A stretch of DNA of 64,000 bases from Alphaproteobacteria bacterium (GCA_045605805.1 JAZUQR010000021.1:1-64000), one strand, 5' to 3'; positions 10,070 to 19,369 are shown, counted from the stretch's first letter. Made by a program: numbers and translations. The notes: generated by a model not told the origin, from the letters alone.

Positions 10070-10152
10070 GGTTTTTCTCCTTTCTATGGGGGTGATTATA
10101 GCCTAGACAGCAAAAAAGTCAAGCTAATTTCAAAAAAAATGTGCTTTCCCTA

Positions 10153-10181
10153 TTGACAGGTTACTTTTTTTTATCTAAAAT
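10153..10181 (+). promoter_or_regulatory. lexA promoter
   Basis: TTGACA-17-TAAAAT. Confidence 0.75.
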
Positions 10182-10183
10182 GC

Positions 10184-10198
10184 GAACAAAAGACGAAC
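10184..10198 (+). promoter_or_regulatory. Alphaproteobacterial SOS (LexA) box
   Basis: GAAC-aaaagac-GAAC (GAAC-N7-GAAC) just downstream of the lexA -10. Confidence 0.85.
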
Positions 10199-10221
10199 AA
10201 AACTTTTAACAGGGGGCTTTT

Positions 10222-10833
10222 ATGATTACAAAAAAACAACTTCAACTGTTTGATTTTATTAAAGAATATGTTTCAGAAAATGGGGTTTCCCCTTCTTTTA
10301 ACGAAATGCGTGATTATTTGGGATTAAAGTCTAAATCCAGTGTCCATCGCTTGGTGGGGGCTTTGGAACAACAACATTTATTACATCGCACACCAAAGGT
10401 GGCTCGTTCCATTGCCACTGATACTCTTTCGGATCAGGATATTGCCAATGAGGTGACTCAGATTCCTTTATATGGAAAAATTGCGGCAGGCCTTCCCATT
10501 GAAGCGGTGGCCAACGAAACGGAAACTGTTGCTGTGCCAACCTCTATGATGGGAACAGGACAATACTATGCTTTATTGGTGGAAGGTGATTCTATGATAA
10601 ATGCCGGTATTTTGAATGGTGATACGGTGATTATCAAGCGGTCCAATCAAGCCAATGACGGTGACATTGTTGTGGCTTTGATTGATGGATATGATGTGAC
10701 ATTAAAGCGTTTGCGCAAACGTGCTTCCTCACTTGCTTTGGAACCGGCAAATCCCAACTATGAAACACGCATTTTTACCAATGATCGAGTGGAAATTCAA
10801 GGCATTTTAGCCGGATTGATGCGTTCTTATTAA
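10222..10833 (+). CDS. lexA: LexA SOS repressor
   Basis: wHTH (PSFNEM..LGLKSKS), IAAG cleavage site, GDSM serine, TLKR lysine. Confidence 0.96.
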   Translation: MITKKQLQLFDFIKEYVSENGVSPSFNEMRDYLGLKSKSSVHRLVGALEQQHLLHRTPKVARSIATDTLSDQDIANEVTQIPLYGKIAAGLPIEAVANETETVAVPTSMMGTGQYYALLVEGDSMINAGILNGDTVIIKRSNQANDGDIVVALIDGYDVTLKRLRKRASSLALEPANPNYETRIFTNDRVEIQGILAGLMRSY

Positions 10834-10898
10834 AAAAAAGTTGCTTTTTATTCTTGTTTTATTGTATAATACCAACAGGTTGAGGTGAAGGATATTTT

Positions 10899-11861
10899 AT
10901 GAGAAGTACACTGAATTTTGGAAATGTAATTACTGCCATGATTACCCCCTTTAAGAAAAACGGGGACATTGATTTTGATGAGGTAGAACTGCTTGCAAAC
11001 CATCTTTACCAAAACGGAACAGACACTGTTTTATTGACAGGGTCAACCGGTGAAGATGCACAATTATCAGAAAACGAGAAATGGCAACTTGTGCAACGGG
11101 TGCGTCAATATGCGCCAAAGCTGGCAAAAATTATGGTCGCTACAAGTGATAAAAATACGGCTCGGGCGATACATAAAACAAAAAAAGCCTTTGAGCTGGG
11201 GGCGGATGCTGTGTTGGTTGCTGTGCCGGAATATATCAAACCTCCACAAGAAGCGATGCTTATTCATTTTGGACAGATTGCTGATTCTGTTCCAAACAAA
11301 CCCGTCTTTATATATAATATCCCCAGCCGAACAGGCACAGAGATTTTGCCTGCAACTGTTGCCACTTTGGCTCAACGTCATCCCAACATTGTTGGCCTGA
11401 AACAAAGTATGGGCAATTTAGACAGAGTGTCGGAACTCAATCAAGAATTACAAAAACGAGGCATTACAGATTTTCATCTTTATTCCGGAGATGACAGTTT
11501 AACCCTTCCCATGCTTGCCTTGGGGGCAAAGGGTGTGATTAGTGTGGCTTCTCATTTGGAAGGCTCTTTAATTCAAAACATGGTGACGGACTTTAAGCGG
11601 GGCAATGTGAAGGCTGCCAACAAAACACATCAGTTGTTGTTTCCCCTGTTTCAAAGTTTATTTATTACAACCAATCCGATGCCGATTAAAGAGGCGCTTT
11701 ACCAAAAGGGGATTATTTCCAAGCCGACCCTGCGCACTTTGGGTGAAATGACAGCTCAGCAAAAAACAGATTTGGTTTCTCGTTTACATCTGTTTTATGC
11801 CCATAAAAAAGCTGTTTTGGGTCCAAATTGCTCCTGCCTGAACAAAACAGGCCGCACATAA
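10899..11861 (+). CDS. dapA: 4-hydroxy-tetrahydrodipicolinate synthase with short C-terminal extension
   Basis: TAMITPF, GSTGE, YNIPSRTG, Schiff-base Lys (GLKQS), YSGDD. Confidence 0.9.
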   Translation: MRSTLNFGNVITAMITPFKKNGDIDFDEVELLANHLYQNGTDTVLLTGSTGEDAQLSENEKWQLVQRVRQYAPKLAKIMVATSDKNTARAIHKTKKAFELGADAVLVAVPEYIKPPQEAMLIHFGQIADSVPNKPVFIYNIPSRTGTEILPATVATLAQRHPNIVGLKQSMGNLDRVSELNQELQKRGITDFHLYSGDDSLTLPMLALGAKGVISVASHLEGSLIQNMVTDFKRGNVKAANKTHQLLFPLFQSLFITTNPMPIKEALYQKGIISKPTLRTLGEMTAQQKTDLVSRLHLFYAHKKAVLGPNCSCLNKTGRT

Positions 11862-11887
11862 CTTTAATATGAAGAAGGAATCTTTGA

Positions 11888-12553
11888 ATGACTCAAATCA
11901 AAAATATATTTTGGGATGTTGATGGTGTCTTGGCAGACTTAAATCGGGCCTATTATGATTTTTTGACCCAGCATCCCAAATATAAACCTTTATATGAAAA
12001 CCTAAAATTTGAAGATTTGGACAAAGTTCTGCCCATTCAACCCAAATATGGGGCCTTAGAATTAAAAACACATCCTGAACTGGGTGTGGAAATGGATTAT
12101 GATTTTTGCCACAGCTTATTTTTTGAAAAGCGCCCTCTTTATTCAGGTGTTATTGAGGCTTTGAAAGACTTTCATCGGCAGGGTTATCGTCAATTTACAC
12201 TGTCTGCCACCTTTGATGTCGCCAAGAAAAAAGCCCTCTTAAACAAATTATTATCAGAGGTGACTGGTTTTTTAACCATTGAATGTGTTCAACATGGTCA
12301 ATTTATGCATGATACTGCGAAGGAGGATTCCTTAAAGGCTTGTTTTTCCAAATATGGATTAAAACCAGAAGAAACAGTTTTGGTGGATGATCGGATTTAT
12401 AATCAGTATGCAGCCATTCATGTTGGGGCGCATCCCATTCGTTATCGTTGTCCTTTTACAAGCGATTTACCAGATGACTTAAAATGGATTCCAGAAGTTC
12501 ATAATATGAGTGAATTGAATGACTTATTGAAAACAATTAAAGTAAATGATTAA
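11888..12553 (+). CDS. HAD-superfamily hydrolase
   Basis: DVDGVL motif I and LVDD motif IV. Confidence 0.8.
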   Translation: MTQIKNIFWDVDGVLADLNRAYYDFLTQHPKYKPLYENLKFEDLDKVLPIQPKYGALELKTHPELGVEMDYDFCHSLFFEKRPLYSGVIEALKDFHRQGYRQFTLSATFDVAKKKALLNKLLSEVTGFLTIECVQHGQFMHDTAKEDSLKACFSKYGLKPEETVLVDDRIYNQYAAIHVGAHPIRYRCPFTSDLPDDLKWIPEVHNMSELNDLLKTIKVND

Positions 12554-12664
12554 ATCATATCTTTTTATACCTTGTCACATTTTAATCTTTTCTTAACTTT
12601 TTTGTTGCATTTTTCTTAAAATAAAGTATAATTTTTTTATTCATTTGACATATGAGGGAATGCA

Positions 12665-13867
12665 ATGGCAGTTCATAATAATCAATCTGTTCTTATTTGT
12701 GATGTTGGTGGCACGAATGTGCGTTTTGGTATTTATCAAGACAACCAACCAGAGCCTGTGACTTTTAGCGGCAAATACAAATGTGCTTATTTTCCTTATT
12801 TTGAAGCAGCTCTTGCCCAATATCGCCATGATGCAAAACTGGATGTTTTGCCCGCTTTTTGTCTGATTGGGGCAGCGGGTGACATTGATGAACAAAGGGG
12901 CATTGTTCTTGCCACAAACACACCGTGGCACACGGATATTTCCAAAGTGCAACAAACATTCCCATCTATCAAAAAGATCAAACTGGTCAATGATTTTGCT
13001 TTACAAGGATGGGCTTTAACCGGATTACAATCTACACAATATCATCCATTGTTTGATTCCCCCAATATGCCTGACTTAAAGCGGGGCAAAGTGGTTCTTA
13101 TCGGCCCAGGAACCGGCCTTGGCTCATGTTTAATTATGCCAAGTGATCCTCAAGGCCAAAATGTATATACCTCGGAGGCTGGTCACAACACCATTCCCTA
13201 TGTTGTTTTTCCCAAACCAAAAGATCAACTGATGAATAACGAGATGTTGCAAATTATTACCCAACATTACCAAGCAAAAGGGCAGCAAGCTGTCACAGAA
13301 CATTTGGTTTCAGGCACAGGGTTGAGTAATATCTTTCATGCGTTAAGGGATAAACAGATTCCTACTGAGGCCAAACAATGTGTTTCAGCAGAACAGATTG
13401 AGGCAGCCGCCCAGCGGGGAGATCCGCTGGCCTTAAAAACATTTGATTTTTTCAATGCCTATCTGGGGGCCCATGCCGGCAGCATGGTTGCCACAACCAA
13501 AACGGACACTTTGTTCTTTTGCGGTGGTGTGATGGCAAGCCCTTGGGTGCGCAAGAATCTGGAAGCAACTTCTTATTTTCAAGATCAATTTATTCCTCGT
13601 TCTGGTTTAACACAAGCCATGAAACGGGTTAAAATCTATGCATCCAATTATCGAGATATGTCAACTTTGGGGGCAAAAGTATTTGCTCAGAACATGTTGA
13701 AAGAACACAAAAATCAACAGATGCAAACTCAAAATGAGCAGACGATGTTGCATTTTTTGTATTATCTACAAACCTTTGTGGATGCACATTGTCCATCTGT
13801 GAAAACGCAGATGAAAGATGTTGTTTCGGCTGTCCAAACTTTTCACAACAAACAAAACTCTAAATAA
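12665..13867 (+). CDS. glk: Glucokinase (Glk family) with ~55-60 aa C-terminal extension
   Basis: DVGGTNVRF, LVNDF, GPGTGLG, SEAGH, EHLVSGTGL. Confidence 0.85.
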   Translation: MAVHNNQSVLICDVGGTNVRFGIYQDNQPEPVTFSGKYKCAYFPYFEAALAQYRHDAKLDVLPAFCLIGAAGDIDEQRGIVLATNTPWHTDISKVQQTFPSIKKIKLVNDFALQGWALTGLQSTQYHPLFDSPNMPDLKRGKVVLIGPGTGLGSCLIMPSDPQGQNVYTSEAGHNTIPYVVFPKPKDQLMNNEMLQIITQHYQAKGQQAVTEHLVSGTGLSNIFHALRDKQIPTEAKQCVSAEQIEAAAQRGDPLALKTFDFFNAYLGAHAGSMVATTKTDTLFFCGGVMASPWVRKNLEATSYFQDQFIPRSGLTQAMKRVKIYASNYRDMSTLGAKVFAQNMLKEHKNQQMQTQNEQTMLHFLYYLQTFVDAHCPSVKTQMKDVVSAVQTFHNKQNSK

Positions 13868-13876
13868 ATTAGTTCA

Positions 13877-13904
13877 TTGACAAAAAACAAAAATGTGATA
13901 TAAT
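13877..13904 (+). promoter_or_regulatory. Sigma70-type promoter
   Basis: TTGACA-16-TATAAT with extended TG. Confidence 0.75.
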
Positions 13905-13930
13905 GTCTTTATTCATAGGAGGAAAGTAAT

Positions 13931-14440
13931 ATGAAATTAGATTCAAAAACTTTTAACTTAAAAAAAACCATTGATAAAACTTTTGAACAAAACAAGAATA
14001 CCCTTCTTCAGAAAGAACCTTCCGCAATGAGAGAAGACCAATATGTTTTAGTTGATGTTCGTTTTTTGGGAGATAAAATCCCTGAGCAGTATAATGATAC
14101 TACCTTAAATCAACATTATCATCCTAATCAGATGGTTGATTACACTAAATTGCCTGTATGGATGGACATTCGGCGAGGACATGACCGCATTCGGATGACA
14201 CGCACCCCGCTTCAACCTGACAATCCGAATACAGACTATTCGTATGCTTTATCTTTGCACAGCAGAGGATTGAATTATTGTATTGTACAGACCCCTCAGG
14301 GGAAAGTTTCTGAAACAGGCAACTCTTTGTTGCTTGACGCCTTTCAATATGATGCCGATTTTTCCAAGTTTGTACATATTGTGGCAGAGCCAAAACTCCC
14401 TCCTCAAATGCGTATGCGCTGTAAACAACACTCAAGATAA
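13931..14440 (+). CDS. Hypothetical protein with basic C-terminal tail
   Basis: 169 aa, AGGAGG RBS, terminator-like hairpin ~14447-14477; ends QMRMRCKQHSR. Confidence 0.75.
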   Translation: MKLDSKTFNLKKTIDKTFEQNKNTLLQKEPSAMREDQYVLVDVRFLGDKIPEQYNDTTLNQHYHPNQMVDYTKLPVWMDIRRGHDRIRMTRTPLQPDNPNTDYSYALSLHSRGLNYCIVQTPQGKVSETGNSLLLDAFQYDADFSKFVHIVAEPKLPPQMRMRCKQHSR

Positions 14441-14552
14441 TCAATCAAGGGGTCATCATTTGGTGGCCCTTTATTTTTAAGTCTGTTCATCCTGTTGTAA
14501 GACGGATAAAAAAAGCGGATACTGTACAGTATCCGTCTTTATCTTTTCAAAA

Positions 14553-14716
14553 TGGTCGGGGCGAGAGGATTATTCGTGCCATACGCCACTCACCCACAAG
14601 GGGCTGTCTCGCACAAGCTCGACATTGGCTAAAGCCCCGAACCTCCTGCTTCGGTTCGATCCCCTCATATCCGATGAGTTATAAAAAAAACCGCCAAACG
14701 GCGGTCTTTTGATAAC
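14553..14716 (-). mobile_element. Small tRNA-linked element bounded by a 19-bp duplication of the tRNA-Pro 3' end
   Basis: tggtcggggcgagaggatt at 14553-14571 and 14717-14735; next 9 nt of the tRNA (cgaacctcc) recur at 14638-14646; several hairpins; no ORF. Confidence 0.65.
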
Positions 14717-14793
14717 TGGTCGGGGCGAGAGGATTCGAACCTCCGGCACCTTGCTCCCAAAGCAAGTACTCTACCAGGCTGAGCTACACCCCG
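14717..14793 (-). tRNA. tRNA-Pro(UGG)
   Basis: CGGGGTGTAGCTCAGCCTGGTAGAG...TTTGGGA...GGTTCGAATCC...CCCGACCA cloverleaf. Confidence 0.96.
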
Positions 14794-14840
14794 AATACTG
14801 ATTATTATACATAAAAAAAAACAAAATGCAAGTTATTTTA

Positions 14841-15509
14841 TTAAAAAAGTTGTTCAATATACATTTTTGTATATTTTTCAATCAGTTCCAACCATTGAGT
14901 CACTGCCCTTCCCTTGTTGGCTGCATAAGACCAAACCAGCCCAAAGCTCAACAAGTTGGCCGTTGGTAAAAACAAAAATGAAAAAAGCCATCCTGCTTTT
15001 ATAAAATCTGTTTGTTTTGGGTGGATTTGATAGATATTTGAAATTAAATGATATCCAAACATCAACCCAAGAACGGGCAGATAAACATCAGGCATTGGTT
15101 TATTCAGCCAATCAAACACTGTTCCGAATAACATCACTATCAATGGAAAAGTCGGTACAAAATATGGTGCCAAAACAATCAACCAATTCCCCTTTCCATA
15201 AAATCCAAACGACCCTCCTTTATCTGATTCTATGCTCATTGAACGAGGCATATGGCCGGTTATTACGGCCGCCAACATATGGGTGAACTCGTGCTCAAAG
15301 ATTGCCAAATGTGACCCATGCAAACCAGGGATAACAAACCACAAGCCAACCATAGCGAACATGGGCAACAAAAACGAAAAAAACAGCTCTTCTGCTGTTA
15401 GACGAATAAGATACATATCTGCCTTTAATACAGGCATAAACCCCAATACCATTATGATAGCCAATGGCCATTTCAAATATGTCAACAGTGGATTGATTAT
15501 ATGTTGCAT
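14841..15509 (-). CDS. M50-family membrane metallopeptidase
   Basis: HEFTH in hydrophobic context, LAPYF, TDF. Confidence 0.75.
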   Translation of the reverse strand: MQHIINPLLTYLKWPLAIIMVLGFMPVLKADMYLIRLTAEELFFSFLLPMFAMVGLWFVIPGLHGSHLAIFEHEFTHMLAAVITGHMPRSMSIESDKGGSFGFYGKGNWLIVLAPYFVPTFPLIVMLFGTVFDWLNKPMPDVYLPVLGLMFGYHLISNIYQIHPKQTDFIKAGWLFSFLFLPTANLLSFGLVWSYAANKGRAVTQWLELIEKYTKMYIEQLF

Positions 15510-15573
15510 TTTCCTTTTCTTTCCTTTTTTTTTATGCTACACTTATTTTGCAAAAAATGAAAGAGGTTTTTTT

Positions 15574-16683
15574 ATGGATTATATTATTTTATTTTTATTG
15601 ATTGGGGTTTTAATTTTATCGGTTGTTGCTTTGATGCGCTTTCAAAGTTTAAGCAATCCTGCCCATAACAACGAGGCATTGGAACGATTGGAACGTTTGA
15701 TGCGCAGTGATGCAAAGGATCTTCGTGAAGAACTGAGCCAAAACTTGATGCGTTTTAATGATTCAATTCGTCAATCACTGGAACAGCGATTGGAAGTTAT
15801 GCGTGCTACTGTGGATGAAAAGTTGCACTCTACTTTGGAAAAGCGACTTGGTGAATCCTTTTCTCAGGTTTCGGAACGCTTGGAACAAGTTCACAAAGGT
15901 TTGGGCGAAATGCAAACTTTGGCCAGTGATGTGGGGGGATTAAAGCGCATTCTCACAAATGTTAAAACTCGTGGGACATGGGGCGAAGTGCAATTGGGAA
16001 ATCTGCTTTCTCAAATGTTGGCCCCCGAACAATTTATTCAAAATGCCCATATTCAAAACAACGGAGAAGTTGTGGAATATGCCGTTCAATTACCTGATGA
16101 TGTGTTGATTCCGATTGACTCTAAGTTTCCGATGGAATCTTATGAACGGTTGATGGATGCAGCAGAAAAGGCCGACCCGATTTTAACAGAAAAGTGCATT
16201 CAAGAATTAGAACGAGCCATTAAAACGCAGGCAGAAAAGATTTCTAAAAAATACATCCTGCCCCCACAAACAACCAACTTTGGCATTATGTTTTTGCCAA
16301 CCGAAGGATTGTATGCTGAGGTGATGAAGCGCCCTGCTCTTGACGATGAGATTCAACGCAAATATCGTGTTGCCATTACTGGTCCAAGCACTTTGGCGGC
16401 TTATTTGAATGCTTTGCAGATGGGGTTTAAGACTTTGGCCATTCAAAAGCGTTCATCAGAGGTGTGGACTGTTTTGGGCCAAGCAAAGTTGGAGTTTGAA
16501 CGCTATGCCAACTGGATTGAACATTTGAAACGCAATTTGGAACAAGCCAACAAAACATTGGATCAAGCCGACACTCGGACACGAGCTTTGAACAGAAAAC
16601 TGCGCAATGTTGAAACGGATACTTTGGCGCCCGAGGCCGCCAATCCGTTATTGGAAAATCTTGTTTCTCCGTTGGATGAATAA
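15574..16683 (+). CDS. rmuC: DNA recombination protein RmuC
   Basis: N-terminal TM, coiled coil, KTRGTWGEVQL, PIDSKFP, MFLPTEGLY. Confidence 0.93.
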   Translation: MDYIILFLLIGVLILSVVALMRFQSLSNPAHNNEALERLERLMRSDAKDLREELSQNLMRFNDSIRQSLEQRLEVMRATVDEKLHSTLEKRLGESFSQVSERLEQVHKGLGEMQTLASDVGGLKRILTNVKTRGTWGEVQLGNLLSQMLAPEQFIQNAHIQNNGEVVEYAVQLPDDVLIPIDSKFPMESYERLMDAAEKADPILTEKCIQELERAIKTQAEKISKKYILPPQTTNFGIMFLPTEGLYAEVMKRPALDDEIQRKYRVAITGPSTLAAYLNALQMGFKTLAIQKRSSEVWTVLGQAKLEFERYANWIEHLKRNLEQANKTLDQADTRTRALNRKLRNVETDTLAPEAANPLLENLVSPLDE

Positions 16684-16709
16684 AAAAAAGGAGCATATGC
16701 TCCTTTTCT
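16684..16709. terminator. Bidirectional terminator
   Basis: aaaaggagcat-atgctcctttt palindrome between convergent genes. Confidence 0.7.
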
Positions 16710-17333
16710 TTATTTCATTTTGCTTCTTTTAATTGCGTATTGCAATCTCTTTTTTTGCATTCTTTTTTCACGGGCTTTTATTTCTTTTAGAATCCTTTCT
16801 TGTGCCTTGTGTGCCTTTTTCACTGTTATTTCTGATGGCATCGTGACATGAAAGATATTTTCAATTTTTGGCCGTTTTTCCAGCAAAGTCTTTTCTGCAT
16901 TTAACTTACCCATTTGAATGCTATTTTTCCATGAAAATGTTAAATGCTCTGGCAAATTCATTTCTTCGGCCGGAAACAAATTGCACTTTTGATTGGCCAA
17001 ATATGAACTTCTAAATATTGAATCTATTACTTGTTCACGATCCATATAGTTCTTTTTTTTCTGTTGCATTTCTCTTTCCCCTACTTTTTGAAAGAAAGCT
17101 GTTGGGGTATTTGGATTTTCAATATAATATATTTCACCCTTAAAATCTGGGGCCACATATTCAATTTGACCTTTTTGAGCAACAATACAATCCACCCCTT
17201 TTAAGTGCCTTGGAACCATATGAATATATGTTTTTGATACATTTAAGGCCATCATTGGTTCGCCATTATGTTGTTGATTTTCTCCTAATGGGTGATAGCT
17301 GAGATTTGATGGTAATTGTGAAATCGGTTTCAT
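16710..17333 (-). CDS. Hypothetical protein with very basic C-terminus
   Basis: Start MKPIS after AAAGGA; ends KRLQYAIKRSKMK. Confidence 0.7.
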   Translation of the reverse strand: MKPISQLPSNLSYHPLGENQQHNGEPMMALNVSKTYIHMVPRHLKGVDCIVAQKGQIEYVAPDFKGEIYYIENPNTPTAFFQKVGEREMQQKKKNYMDREQVIDSIFRSSYLANQKCNLFPAEEMNLPEHLTFSWKNSIQMGKLNAEKTLLEKRPKIENIFHVTMPSEITVKKAHKAQERILKEIKAREKRMQKKRLQYAIKRSKMK

Positions 17334-17363
17334 TTTTATCCTTTCATAAAAAACAACAAGAAG

Positions 17364-17392
17364 ATTATACACCCTCTTGTTGTTTTTGTCAA
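17364..17392 (-). promoter_or_regulatory. Consensus sigma70 promoter embedded in the serS terminator hairpin
   Basis: TTGACA-17-TATAAT; 13-bp inverted repeat aaaaacaacaaga/tcttgttgttttt flanks the -10. Confidence 0.8.
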
Positions 17393-17404
17393 GTATATCT
17401 TTTT

Positions 17405-18691
17405 TTAGACTTTTTTGATTTCCTTTTGACCACCCATGTAAGGTTGAAGCGCAACTGGAATCTTTACAGAACCATCGGCTTGTAAATTATTTTCCAAGAA
17501 GGCAATCAACATCCGAGGCGGTGCGACCACTGTGTTATTCAAGGTATAGGCAAAGTATTTTTTACCATCTTTTGCCTGCACACGAATTTTCAAGCGGCGG
17601 GCCTGGGCATCACCCAATGTGGAACACGAACCGACTTCAAAGTATTTTTGTTGCCGTGGCGACCATGCTTCCACATCACAGGATTTGACTTTTAAGTCAG
17701 CCAAATCGCCCGAACAGCATTCCAATGTTCTTACAGGAATGTCCAATGTACGGAAAAAGTCAACTGTATTTTGCCACATTTGATTATACCATTTCATATG
17801 ATCTTCGGGTTTGCATACCACCACCATTTCTTGTTTTTCAAATTGGTGAATCCGATACACACCTCGTTCTTCAATACCATGAGCCCCTTTTTCTTTTCTG
17901 AAACAAGGCGAATAACTTGTTAGGGGATAGGGCAATTCTTCTTCCGGAATGATTTGGTCAATGAATTTTCCAATCATAGAGTGTTCAGATGTTCCGATTA
18001 AATACAAATCTTCCCCTTCAATTTTATACATCATGGCTTCCATTTCGGCAAAACTCATCACGCCAGTCACAACCTGAGAACGAATCATGAATGGGGGAAC
18101 ATAATAGGTAAACCCTCGCCCAATCATAAAGTCACGAGCATAGGACAAAATGGCCGAGTGCAAACGGGCCAAGTCACCTTTCAGGTAATAAAATCCGTTG
18201 CCGGCCACACGACGGGCACTGTCTAAATCCAAACCGCCCAAAGATTCCATTAAATCTGTGTGATATGGGATTTCAAAATCGGGTGTCACCGGTTCGCCAA
18301 AACGTTCCACTTCCACATTTTCCGAATCGTCTTTTCCAACCGGAACAGATTCATCAATGATGTTGGGAATGGTCATCATGCGGGTGCGAATTTCTTCTTG
18401 GTATTTTTCTTGAATGGCTTCCAATTCAATAATTTTATCACCAATTTGTTGGCTTTCGGCTTTAATTGCTTCTGCTTCTTCCTTTTTGCCCGAGGACATC
18501 AATGAACCGATTTGTTTGGAGAGAGAGGTTCTTTTGGCCCGCAAGGCTTCAACTTCTGTAATTGCAGCACGATTTTTTTTATCTAAATCAATTACTTCAT
18601 CAACCAAAACCAACTTTTGATCTTGAAACTTTTTCTTAATGTTTTCTTTCACAAGTTCGGGATTTTCCCGAATCAATTTGATATCTATCAT
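17405..18691 (-). CDS. serS: Serine--tRNA ligase
   Basis: N-terminal coiled coil, LIGTSEH, CFRKE, RIHQFEKQE, EVGSCS, TLNNT. Confidence 0.96.
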   Translation of the reverse strand: MIDIKLIRENPELVKENIKKKFQDQKLVLVDEVIDLDKKNRAAITEVEALRAKRTSLSKQIGSLMSSGKKEEAEAIKAESQQIGDKIIELEAIQEKYQEEIRTRMMTIPNIIDESVPVGKDDSENVEVERFGEPVTPDFEIPYHTDLMESLGGLDLDSARRVAGNGFYYLKGDLARLHSAILSYARDFMIGRGFTYYVPPFMIRSQVVTGVMSFAEMEAMMYKIEGEDLYLIGTSEHSMIGKFIDQIIPEEELPYPLTSYSPCFRKEKGAHGIEERGVYRIHQFEKQEMVVVCKPEDHMKWYNQMWQNTVDFFRTLDIPVRTLECCSGDLADLKVKSCDVEAWSPRQQKYFEVGSCSTLGDAQARRLKIRVQAKDGKKYFAYTLNNTVVAPPRMLIAFLENNLQADGSVKIPVALQPYMGGQKEIKKV

Positions 18692-18705
18692 TTTCTCTCT
18701 CCTTC

Positions 18706-19365
18706 TTAAATAAAGATATTTACAAAACTGTGCAACACCGGATAGAGTGTTGAGATAAACCATCCCACAACATCCACGCCCAGCATTGGCAACATGAATA
18801 GTACACTAAATAAAACAAAAAGTCCATACTTTTCTGTTTCTGCGTACAAGTCAGCGTATTTTTTTGGCAACAGTGACCACAAAATCCGCCCGCCATCCAT
18901 TGGTAAAATTGGCAATAGGTTAAAACACGCCAATACCAAGGAAAGTTGTATCCCATTTGTCATATTTTCAATCAACCACTTTGTTCCCGACCAATCGTGT
19001 GGGAACAACCATAGTATCACATGAGCCGTTAAAACAAAATCTATGGCTAACAACAGGTTTGTTATAGGGCCGGCAGCAGCCACCAACCCTGTGTCTCGTT
19101 TGGGGTTATTCAAATATGCAAAGTTGACAGGAACCGGTTTTGCCCATCCAAACAGCATGGGAGATTGGATTATCCATAAAAATAAAGGTACAATCAGGCT
19201 TCCAATTAGGTCAAAATGTTTGGCCGGATTTAGGGTTATCCGCCCAAGACTATATGCGGTTTTGTCCCCTAATTTCATGGCCACATATCCATGTGCCACT
19301 TCGTGCAAAATAATACACAACATCAATGGGATAATCCAAGTAGTTAAAGTATAAATAAAAGTCAT
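18706..19365 (-). CDS. Site-2 protease family protein
   Basis: HEVAHG, GWAKPVP, AAGP, NLLPILPMDGG. Confidence 0.92.
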   Translation of the reverse strand: MTFIYTLTTWIIPLMLCIILHEVAHGYVAMKLGDKTAYSLGRITLNPAKHFDLIGSLIVPLFLWIIQSPMLFGWAKPVPVNFAYLNNPKRDTGLVAAAGPITNLLLAIDFVLTAHVILWLFPHDWSGTKWLIENMTNGIQLSLVLACFNLLPILPMDGGRILWSLLPKKYADLYAETEKYGLFVLFSVLFMLPMLGVDVVGWFISTLYPVLHSFVNIFI

Positions 19366-19369
19366 TTTT

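Noticed and set aside
15232-15573. Long N-terminal extensions in the ORF track (rmuC, hydC, serS, tspO, GT10, tolC, fabG)
   Set aside because: They overlap neighbouring genes or promoters; downstream ATGs with an RBS fit the family starts.
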